Origin: an uncultured Bacteroidales bacterium
Lineage (GTDB): Bacteria; Bacteroidota; Bacteroidia; Bacteroidales; UBA10428
Reading direction: 5' to 3'
Assembly: GCA_964521285.1 (NCBI GenBank)
Contig: CAZFQS010000014.1
Coordinates: forward strand, 8,961 to 72,960
Length of the DNA: 64,000 bases
Positions 17,984-26,286 of this stretch are shown here, in pieces (within the stretch, counting starts at the first letter, position 1; each line of letters starts with the position of its first letter). Below the pieces are notes generated by a model. That model made no database searches and was not told the origin of the DNA. It was given only the letters and a program-made list of their open reading frames with translations. Position numbers and translations under genes: made by a program.

Positions 17984-18466
17984 TTGGATAAAGTACCGGA
18001 AATATTGATATATGGATACGGAAATCCCGGAAGACAGGATGACGGACTTGGTATTTTTCTTTCGGAAAAAATTGATAACTGGATAAAAGAAGAAAATATA
18101 CTGTCTGTTAAGGTTGATTACAATTATCAGTTAAATATTGAAGATGCTCTGGAAATTGCTGATAAAAACCTGGTAATATTTATTGATGCATCAAAAGAAG
18201 AAATAAATGATTACTATTTAACTAAAGTAAAACCTTCAGACAGATTGGAATTCACTACTCATACAGTCTCTCCGTCCTATTTGTTAAACTTATGTAAGGT
18301 TATTTATAATAAAACACCTGATATTTATCTTCTTCATATTAAAGGTTATAAGTGGGAATTTCTTGAAGAAATGACTGAAGATGCAAAAAATAATCTTAGC
18401 AAGGCATATGATTTCCTGAAAGAATTTATTGTAAATAATAAAAATTATATTAATAATACCAGTTAA
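17984..18466 (+). CDS. hoxW: Hydrogenase maturation endopeptidase HoxW
   Basis: TTG start abutting the hoxH stop. YGYGNPGRQDDGLG protease motif. Confidence 0.85.
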   Translation: MDKVPEILIYGYGNPGRQDDGLGIFLSEKIDNWIKEENILSVKVDYNYQLNIEDALEIADKNLVIFIDASKEEINDYYLTKVKPSDRLEFTTHTVSPSYLLNLCKVIYNKTPDIYLLHIKGYKWEFLEEMTEDAKNNLSKAYDFLKEFIVNNKNYINNTS

Positions 18467-18684
18467 TGCTCTTTTAAATAAGAAATTAAAGCTAATTGAT
18501 TATGGATAATTATTAAAGAGTCATTAAAAAGGAATATAAAATAGTATCTAACAATTATAAAAAGACTATTTTTGGGAAAAATTTATAAGAGAAACATAGT
18601 TAGGCTGCAGCACAATGATTTATCATGCCATTTAATCAGGCTAAGATTTAACCAGCGAACTTTAACATAACAAAAATTACTAAG

Positions 18685-19065
18685 ATGAAGTTAGGGTCAT
18701 GGGCAAATAAAAAAATTCTCATAGTCGAAGATGATGATGTTAGTAACGAATTTTTCGAGGAAGTCCTGAGACCTACAAAAGCGAAATTGTTATTTGCAAA
18801 AGAAGGTAAGACGGCAATACAAATGTGTAAAGATAATCCTGATATTGATATAATACTGATGGATATACAATTACCTGTAATGGATGGCCAGGAGGCAGCA
18901 GATGAAATAAGGAAAATCAATAGAGATATTATAATGATAGCACAAACAGCATATGCAATGTCTGAAGATAGAGAAAAGTATCTTTCCTCAGGTTTTGATG
19001 ATTATATTTCCAAACCAATAACTCCTTCCGGATTGCTGGAATTAATTGGGAAATATATATATTAA
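18685..19065 (+). CDS. Single-domain response regulator (receiver only)
   Basis: [22 protein letters not shown]..KP receiver motifs. 126 aa with no output domain. Confidence 0.85.
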   Translation: [126 protein letters not shown]

Positions 19066-19195
19066 CAAATCTTTTAATTGATTTACAATATTTTTAGTTT
19101 TTGTTCAAGCTACAATCACTTATATAAATTGCATATTTTTAAAATTATTAATAGTTTTATCGTGTATTATTAATGAATATTATAAAGTAATTATC

Positions 19196-20089
19196 ATGAA
19201 ACAAAGACGATTTATTTTCATACCAACAGTATTTATTTTAGCTGTTATAATTAGTTGTAAATCAGGAGTTAAATCCGAAACCGATAGTTTTGATTTTGAG
19301 GGTATTAGTCTGGATGAAGGGAAAAAAGCAATTAACAGTGCTGATACTATTGGCGCAGGCTTACCAATTTTTTATAATATGTATTTATCTGTTGAAATGT
19401 CTACTCTTTTTGAATCAATTGGCGCAGTATTTAATCCTGATTTGCTTAACGGCACATCAAAAATTTCTGAATATATAACAAGTTCAAAGAAGGCATTAAA
19501 TATTGGAGTTTATGCAGTTGATTTAAGTTATGCAAGAATCTTTGAGCAAATTGAATTTGCTGGCAGGTATTTTAGTGCTATGCAGAAATTATCAGAAGAA
19601 CTGGGTATACCTGGTGATTATTTTCTTACTACTGCCGAGAGATTTGACAGAAATATAAATGATAAGGATTCGTTAATAATAATAGCCAACGAGGCATATG
19701 TTACAACTGACGATTATTTAAAAGAAAATGAACGCTATAGTGCGGCTGCACAAATAATTCTTGGAGGATGGACAGAGGCATTATATATTGCCATGCATAT
19801 AGCCAAGGAAAGCAAAAATATTGAAGTTTTTGAAAGAGTTTCAGAACAGAAGTATTCTCTTGATAACCTCATTGAAATGCTAAAGAATTATTCTGATGAT
19901 GAAGCCATAGATCATTATTTAACTAAGCTTGAGGAATTAAGAACACCCTTTGACCTGTTAGATAAGGAATTAAATACTGATTTTGATTCAAATACCAGAG
20001 AAGGCAAGAAAAGAATTGAAAGAATTCTGACAATGATAGCTGAACTTGAGAAAGACATAAATAAAATAAGAAGTGAGATTGTGGGATAG
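19196..20089 (+). CDS. Hypothetical lipoprotein
   Basis: Signal peptide ending in the lipobox-like VIISC. 297 aa, mainly helical and acidic, with no recognisable catalytic motif. Confidence 0.5.
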   Translation: MKQRRFIFIPTVFILAVIISCKSGVKSETDSFDFEGISLDEGKKAINSADTIGAGLPIFYNMYLSVEMSTLFESIGAVFNPDLLNGTSKISEYITSSKKALNIGVYAVDLSYARIFEQIEFAGRYFSAMQKLSEELGIPGDYFLTTAERFDRNINDKDSLIIIANEAYVTTDDYLKENERYSAAAQIILGGWTEALYIAMHIAKESKNIEVFERVSEQKYSLDNLIEMLKNYSDDEAIDHYLTKLEELRTPFDLLDKELNTDFDSNTREGKKRIERILTMIAELEKDINKIRSEIVG

Positions 20090-20122
20090 GTTCAGGCGCT
20101 GTCCCCTTTTCTAACCATATAA

Positions 20123-20158
20123 CAATAGAGCAATAGAGCAATAGAGCAATAGAACAAT
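20123..20158 (+). repeat. Octamer tandem array (CAATAGAG)x3-CAATAGAA-CAAT
   Basis: Direct reading. Lies between convergent genes and abuts the minus-strand stop at 20158-20160. Confidence 0.9.
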
Positions 20159-21012
20159 TATTCCGTATACTCCGAAAATGCTTCGATAACAGAGGCTACA
20201 TAAGTTTTTGATACAGGAAGACTAAACTTTTGTTCAATATCTAATTCAAGAAAAAGACCCCCTTTCTCTTTATGTATAATTTTAACCTTTTCAAAGTTAA
20301 CCATATATGATCTGTGACACCTCAAAATTTTCTTTGGCTGGAGTTTAGGCTCAAGGTTCTTTAAAGAATTACGAATGAGATACTTCGTTATTTTACCATT
20401 ATCTACATAAAATATTGTAACATAATTATCAGTTGCTTCAAGATATAATAAATCTTCGAGCAGTATTGAAAAGCGTAAAGTACCCTTTTCATCATGGAAA
20501 GGGATCATCTTTTTTGAAGAGTCAGCAATTTTATCTTTATATGAAAGCTCTTCCAGCTGATCGGACTTAAAACGCCAGGAAAAGTATAAGGATAAAATTG
20601 AATAAGGCAGAAGCAATACAAGGGAAGTATTTTTAATCGAGACTTTGAATATTTCAGTAAAGTATCTTTCATCTTTTAGAATAAACTTAACAAAAATCGC
20701 ATAAAAAGCTGCCATACTTATAATTTCAGCTATTACCCAGAGGATATATTGTAAATAATTTATCCGTTTGATTTTACTGTAATGGTACAATATTATTCTG
20801 CTGATTACTATAACAAGAACACCTGTGAGTATTATCAGGCTTGAAAACATGAGAAGTTGAATCTTGGTAGTGATATTAAACCTGATATTTACGTTAAAAG
20901 GAGAATAAAAATTAATAAAAGCAAGCGCAAATACTGCTGTGAATAATACAGTCCTTAAGATATTCTGCTTTTTTGTTAGATACTCAGGTATAGATGTTTC
21001 CCATATAGGCAT
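20158..21012 (-). CDS. Membrane-anchored LytTR-family DNA-binding protein
   Basis: About four N-terminal TM helices followed by a C-terminal LytTR-like domain (LEATDNYVTIFY..RCHRSYMVN). Confidence 0.75.
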   Translation of the reverse strand: MPIWETSIPEYLTKKQNILRTVLFTAVFALAFINFYSPFNVNIRFNITTKIQLLMFSSLIILTGVLVIVISRIILYHYSKIKRINYLQYILWVIAEIISMAAFYAIFVKFILKDERYFTEIFKVSIKNTSLVLLLPYSILSLYFSWRFKSDQLEELSYKDKIADSSKKMIPFHDEKGTLRFSILLEDLLYLEATDNYVTIFYVDNGKITKYLIRNSLKNLEPKLQPKKILRCHRSYMVNFEKVKIIHKEKGGLFLELDIEQKFSLPVSKTYVASVIEAFSEYTE

Positions 21013-21399
21013 TTTATGCTAATTTATTTATTATGAAAATTACAATGACAAAATTATGTAATAAGCCGAAAAATCCAGTTTTATAAAACATAAAAATATT
21101 AACTATATGATAGAAAATAGATATTTATCCCTATATAGTAAATTTCGCCCCGTATATTAACCTTTTATCCCAATTTACCCTTGTAAGTACCTATAATTTG
21201 AATAATTGGGTATTTATAATATTATTTTGTAATGAATTTATTATGGAATCTGATGATATATGCTTTATAATAAGCCATTTAATAAAACTTAATTATTAAT
21301 TATAAAGTCAGGTTAAAAAGTTGTAAATTAAGATTTGATAACTTGTTATTTCTTAGTTTTGGTTATCCTGGATTTGAATATAATAAAAATATTTCCAGT

Positions 21400-23457
21400 A
21401 TGATAAATGATCAGCTTTTAAATCCAAGAAGTATTGTTATTGTTGGAGGTTCCAACAATAAACATAAACCCGGCGGAAAATTACTGGAAAATATTTTAAA
21501 TGGCAATTACAAAGGAAATCTGTATGTATTAAATCCCAAGGAAGATGTTGTTCAGGGAGTAAAGAGCTATAAAGTAGTTACAGACTTACCTGATACTGAT
21601 TTGGCATTTCTTGCAATCTCAGCTAAATATTGTAAAAAGACAATTGAGGATTTAATCCGGTTAAAGAATACAAAAGTCTTTATTATTATATCTGCTGGTT
21701 TCAGTGAAGAGGGGGAAAATGGTGCTAAGCTTGAAAAAGAAATAGTCAATATAGTAAATAAGGCCAAAGCTTGCCTAATCGGACCTAATTGTATAGGAGT
21801 AATTACCCCAAACTACCAGGGAATATTTACATCTCCTGTACCTAAACTTGATGAAAAAGGATGCGATTTTGTCTCCCAGTCAGGTGGTACGGCAGTATTT
21901 ATTATTGAATCAGCACTTCCAAAAGGAATTACCTTTGCAAATGTCTATTCTGTTGGCAATAGTGCACAATTAGGAGTTGAAGATATATTGGAATATTGGG
22001 ACAATACTTCAGCTGATCAAAAAAGCTCTAAAATTAAATTACTCTATCTGGAAAAAATCAGAGATCCTGATAAACTGCTTAAGCATGCATCTTCGTTAAT
22101 AAGAAAGGATTACAAAATAGCGGCTATAAAATCTGGTAGTTCAGAAGAAGGAAGGAGAGCTGCATTATCGCATACAGGCTCATTAGCAGGTTCGGATTCA
22201 GCTGTAGAAGCCTTATTTAGAAAAGCCGGAATTGTCAGGTGTTTTGGCAGGGAGGAACTGACTACTGTAGCATCAATACTAATGCATAAAGAACTTAAAG
22301 GTAAGAATCTGGCAATAATTACACACTCAGGAGGTCCGGCTGTAATGTTAGCAGATGCTTTATCAGATGGCGGGATGAATATTCCTCAAATTGAAGGTAA
22401 GCAAAATGAAGAATTATTATCGATGCTAAATCCATACGCATCAGCATCAAATCCAATAGATTTACTTGCTACAGGAAATGCTGAGCAGCTGGGAGAAGTT
22501 ATAGAGTATTGTGATAAAAAACTGGATTATATTGATGGCATGATTGTTATTTTTGGAAGTACCGGTCTTAGTAATGTATACGATATTTATGAAGTTCTGC
22601 ATAATAAAATGGAGAATTCTTCCAAGCCGGTTTTTCCTATACTACCATCAATTAGCAGTGCAAAAAATGAAGTTGAAGAATTTTTATTAAAGGGACATAT
22701 TAACTTTCCTGATGAAGTTGTGTTGGGAAAAGCACTGACTAAAGTATATAATACACCTAAACCGGCCGAAGAAGGTATCTTTCTTAAAGGTGTTGATATA
22801 CCAAAAATTCGAAATATAATAGACAGTTCAAAGTCGGGATTCCTGGAACCAGATTCTATTCAACTCTTACTGGAATATGCCAGCATACCTATAGTTAAGG
22901 AAAGGTTTGCAAAATCGAAGAAGACTCTAATAGGCGGTGTAAAAGATATTGGATATCCACTTGTTTTAAAGGCAATCGGACCTGTCCATAAATCAGAAAT
23001 TGGTGGTGTTACCCTTAATATTAAGTCAGAAATACATCTTCTTGCTGAATTCCACCGTATGATGAAAATAAAAAACGTTAAAGGAGTTTTAATTCAGCAG
23101 ATGCTATCCGGTATGGAATTATTTATTGGAGCAAAATATGAACCAAAGTTTGGACACGTTATTTTATGCGGATTAGGGGGAATATTTGTTGAAGTCCTTA
23201 AAGATCATTCGTCAGGTCTGGCTCCCTTAACTTATAACGAGGCATATTCAATGATACGTAATCTAAAAAGTTACAGGATTATTCAGGGTGCAAGGGGGCA
23301 GCCAGGAATAAATGAAGATAAATTTGCTGAAATAATCGTTCGTTTATCTTCATTACTCAGATATGCAACAGAAATTAAGGAATTAGATCTGAATCCCCTG
23401 ATCGGAAGTCAGGATACAATTACTGTGGTTGATGCCAGAATAAGACTGGAAAAGTGA
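21400..23457 (+). CDS. ADP-forming acyl/acetyl-CoA synthetase (fused alpha-beta; CoA-binding + ATP-grasp)
   Basis: ORF track opens at TTG 21343; ATG at 21400 (MINDQLLNPRSIVIVGGS) is more likely. SHTGSLAG phosphohistidine loop and a C-terminal ATP-grasp region. Confidence 0.8.
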   Translation: MINDQLLNPRSIVIVGGSNNKHKPGGKLLENILNGNYKGNLYVLNPKEDVVQGVKSYKVVTDLPDTDLAFLAISAKYCKKTIEDLIRLKNTKVFIIISAGFSEEGENGAKLEKEIVNIVNKAKACLIGPNCIGVITPNYQGIFTSPVPKLDEKGCDFVSQSGGTAVFIIESALPKGITFANVYSVGNSAQLGVEDILEYWDNTSADQKSSKIKLLYLEKIRDPDKLLKHASSLIRKDYKIAAIKSGSSEEGRRAALSHTGSLAGSDSAVEALFRKAGIVRCFGREELTTVASILMHKELKGKNLAIITHSGGPAVMLADALSDGGMNIPQIEGKQNEELLSMLNPYASASNPIDLLATGNAEQLGEVIEYCDKKLDYIDGMIVIFGSTGLSNVYDIYEVLHNKMENSSKPVFPILPSISSAKNEVEEFLLKGHINFPDEVVLGKALTKVYNTPKPAEEGIFLKGVDIPKIRNIIDSSKSGFLEPDSIQLLLEYASIPIVKERFAKSKKTLIGGVKDIGYPLVLKAIGPVHKSEIGGVTLNIKSEIHLLAEFHRMMKIKNVKGVLIQQMLSGMELFIGAKYEPKFGHVILCGLGGIFVEVLKDHSSGLAPLTYNEAYSMIRNLKSYRIIQGARGQPGINEDKFAEIIVRLSSLLRYATEIKELDLNPLIGSQDTITVVDARIRLEK

Positions 23458-23493
23458 GCAGTTATAATATACAAATTTAATGCTTGTAATTAT

Positions 23494-24807
23494 ATGAAAG
23501 AAACAATAGTTCCATTTGAGTTGGTACAACAAAAGCTCAAAGAATGTAACCTGGAACAATTAGGTAAAGCTTCAATAAGAGAGGTTTTAAAACTTGTTAA
23601 TGAGATTGAGAAGTCTTCAGATATTAAATTTATGCGTATGGGAATGGGTGTGCCCGGATTAACTCCTCCCAAAATTGCAACTAAAGCTGAGATAAAAGCA
23701 CTAAGGAAAGGTGTAGCCTCACAATACCCGGATATCGAAGGTTTGCCAGTACTAAAAAAGGAAGCATCGAGGTTTTTAAAATTATTTCTTAATATTGATG
23801 TAAGTCCGGAAGGTTGTGTACCTACCTGCGGGTCAATGCAGGGTTCATTTGCCGTATTTATAACTGTTAACAGAACAGACAGGAAAAAGGAGGGCACACT
23901 ATTTTTAGATCCCGGGTTTCCTGTGCAGAAACAGCAATGCCTGGTTGTGGGACATGATTTCGAGGCCTTCGATATTTATAAATTCCGGGGAAATAAATTG
24001 AGAAGTAAAATTGAGTCATATCTTAAGACACATAAGATTTCAAGTATTTTATATTCTAATCCGAATAATCCGTCCTGGATATGTTTGACTGAGGATGAAC
24101 TTTCGATTATTGGTGAACTTGCAACTAAATACGACGTTATTGTAGTAGAAGATTTAGCTTACTTTGGTATGGATTTCAGAAAAGACATATCAAAGCCCGG
24201 ACAACCTCCATTTCAGCCAACTGTAGCCAGATTTACAGATAATTATATTTTATTAATTTCTACCTCCAAAACATTTAGTTACGCCGGACAACGAACAGCT
24301 TTAATGGTAATGTCAGATAAGGTTTTTAAGCGGCGTTATCCTGATTTGAAAAGATATTATAATTCTGACATTCTGGGTCATGCTATGATATATGGGGCTT
24401 TATTTTCATTATCAGCAGGTACCCCTCACTCATCGCAATTGGGAATAGCATCATTATTAAAGGCAGCCAGTGATGGGAAATATAATCTGGTTAAAGAGAT
24501 TAGGGAGTATGAAAATAAGGCAAAAGTCATTAAAAAGATATTTATGGATCATGGATTTAAAATACTTTATGATAAAGATTTAGATGTGCCAATAGCGGAT
24601 GGATTCTATTTTACAGTTTCATGTCCTGGATTTACAGGTAATGAATTGGTTGAAAAATTGTTTTATTATGGAATAAGTACTGTATCTCTTGATAATACCG
24701 GAAGTGAATATCCTGAAGGAATTAGAGTATGTGTGTCACAGATAAAACCTGATCAGATTCCTGTTTTGCAACAAAGGCTTATGGCATTCAAAAACAATTG
24801 TACTTAG
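23494..24807 (+). CDS. Class I/II PLP-dependent aminotransferase
   Basis: 437 aa. STSKTFSYAGQR PLP-lysine motif and NPNNPS substrate loop. Confidence 0.8.
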   Translation: MKETIVPFELVQQKLKECNLEQLGKASIREVLKLVNEIEKSSDIKFMRMGMGVPGLTPPKIATKAEIKALRKGVASQYPDIEGLPVLKKEASRFLKLFLNIDVSPEGCVPTCGSMQGSFAVFITVNRTDRKKEGTLFLDPGFPVQKQQCLVVGHDFEAFDIYKFRGNKLRSKIESYLKTHKISSILYSNPNNPSWICLTEDELSIIGELATKYDVIVVEDLAYFGMDFRKDISKPGQPPFQPTVARFTDNYILLISTSKTFSYAGQRTALMVMSDKVFKRRYPDLKRYYNSDILGHAMIYGALFSLSAGTPHSSQLGIASLLKAASDGKYNLVKEIREYENKAKVIKKIFMDHGFKILYDKDLDVPIADGFYFTVSCPGFTGNELVEKLFYYGISTVSLDNTGSEYPEGIRVCVSQIKPDQIPVLQQRLMAFKNNCT

Positions 24808-24859
24808 AAATTGTTATTATATTTTATAACAGAATTTATAATTTTAGTCTTTTTTAGCA

Positions 24860-24867
24860 TAGATTTG
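24860..24867 (+). promoter_or_regulatory. Candidate Bacteroidetes-type -7 element TAGATTTG (TAnnTTTG)
   Basis: Exact match to the TAnnTTTG pattern 99 nt upstream of the oxidoreductase operon start. Motif match only. Confidence 0.25.
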
Positions 24868-24965
24868 TTAATTTTTTAACAACTTATTTTTTAATAAAAC
24901 CAGTTAACAATAATTACCGGATCAAACTGAATGAATTATTCAAATACTAACATCAATTTCTTATA

Positions 24966-25196
24966 ATGGCTAAAGTAAAAGGTGCGATTGTTGTAGATAT
25001 TAAAAGATGCAAGGGATGTGAATTATGTATTGAAGCATGCCCTACCAAGGTTATAAAAATGGAAACCAAAGTAAATGGTAAAGGTTATCACTATGCATAC
25101 ATGGAATATCCCGAATTGTGTACGGGCTGTGTAAATTGTGCCCTTGTATGTCCTGATAGTGTAATTACTGTATACAGAACAAAAGTAGAAGATTAG
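24966..25196 (+). CDS. 2-oxoacid:ferredoxin oxidoreductase delta subunit (2x[4Fe-4S] ferredoxin)
   Basis: Motifs CKGCELCIEACP and CTGCVNCALVCP. 76 aa. First gene of a four-gene OFOR cluster. Confidence 0.85.
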   Translation: MAKVKGAIVVDIKRCKGCELCIEACPTKVIKMETKVNGKGYHYAYMEYPELCTGCVNCALVCPDSVITVYRTKVED

Positions 25197-25212
25197 TTAA
25201 ATTAAATAAATT

Positions 25213-26283
25213 ATGGGTGAAACCAGATTAATGAAAGGAAATGAGGCAATTGCCGAAGCAGCCATAAGAGCTGGTTGTGATGCCTATTTCGGATATCCTA
25301 TAACCCCTCAGTCTGAAATAATTGAATATCTTGCTGCACAGGAGCCTCATAAACGGACTGGTATGGTCCTTTTACAGGCAGAAAGTGAATTAGCAGCCAT
25401 AAATATGGTATACGGTGCTGCAGGAACAGGAAAGAAAGCGATGACTTCCTCTTCAAGTCCGGGTATTAGTCTGATGCAGGAAGGAATATCCTATATGGCA
25501 GGCTCAGAGTTGCCTTGTCTTATTGTAAATATTGTCAGAGGAGGACCAGGATTAGGTACAATTCAGCCTTCTCAGGCAGATTACTCACAGGCAACAAAAG
25601 GCGGAGGTCATGGAGATTATAAACTTATTGTTTTAGCACCGGCATCGGTTCAGGAAATGTCTGACTTTGTTCCGCTGGCTTTCGATTTGGCATTTAAATA
25701 TCGAAATCCGGCCATGATTTTATCGGATGGCGTCATTGGCCAGATGATGGAAAAGGTTGAGTTATTTGACCAGGTGCCACGGGCTACGGAATTTGATCAA
25801 TCATGGGCCACAACAGGAAAGACACCTGACAGGGAGCGCAATATACATACATCCCTTGATCTTGATCCTGCCCGTTTTGAAAGGCATAACCGTCATCTTC
25901 AGGAGAAATACAGAAAAATAATCGAAAATGAAGTAAGGTTTGAAAAGATTGAATGTGACAATGCTGATTACGTTATAGTAGCTTACGGTTCCAGTGCAAG
26001 AATTTGCCAGAAGACTATAAAACTGGCCAGGGAAAAAGGAATTAAGGTTGGCCTGTTACGTCCGATAACATTATTTCCATTTCCGGCCAAAGAAATCGAA
26101 AAACTGACAGACCATGTAAAAGGATTTATGGCAGTTGAATTAAGTGCCGGCCAAATGGTTGAAGATGTCAGACTGGCCGTCGGGAAAACGAGAAAAGTTG
26201 AATTTTATGGAAGGATGGGGGGCATGATACCTACGCCTATTGAAATTTTAAATGTATTAGAGGAAAAATTTTCAGGAGGATAA
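25213..26283 (+). CDS. 2-oxoacid:ferredoxin oxidoreductase alpha subunit (KOR/VOR type)
   Basis: 356 aa. N-terminal MKGNEAIAEAAIRAGCDAYFGYPITPQSEI is typical of the OFOR alpha subunit. Confidence 0.85.
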   Translation: MGETRLMKGNEAIAEAAIRAGCDAYFGYPITPQSEIIEYLAAQEPHKRTGMVLLQAESELAAINMVYGAAGTGKKAMTSSSSPGISLMQEGISYMAGSELPCLIVNIVRGGPGLGTIQPSQADYSQATKGGGHGDYKLIVLAPASVQEMSDFVPLAFDLAFKYRNPAMILSDGVIGQMMEKVELFDQVPRATEFDQSWATTGKTPDRERNIHTSLDLDPARFERHNRHLQEKYRKIIENEVRFEKIECDNADYVIVAYGSSARICQKTIKLAREKGIKVGLLRPITLFPFPAKEIEKLTDHVKGFMAVELSAGQMVEDVRLAVGKTRKVEFYGRMGGMIPTPIEILNVLEEKFSGG

Positions 26284-26286
26284 AAA

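Noticed and set aside
18615-18626. ATGAT-TT-ATCAT inverted repeat upstream of the orphan receiver
   Set aside because: It has the same half-sites as the FNR-like boxes but a 2-nt rather than 4-nt spacer. It is unlikely to bind the same dimer, so I did not count it as a box.
20123-20158. Octamer arrays as a CRISPR array or coding repeat
   Set aside because: The units are contiguous with no spacers, and only 8 bp long. The period is not a multiple of 3 and no cas genes are present.
21192-21200. TATAATTTG upstream of the acyl-CoA synthetase as a -7 promoter element
   Set aside because: It does not fit TAnnTTTG exactly in any register and lies 200 nt from the ATG.
23490-23897. 135-aa minus-strand ORF opposite the aminotransferase 5' end
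   Set aside because: A shadow ORF. The plus-strand frame carries recognisable PLP-aminotransferase motifs and this frame carries none.
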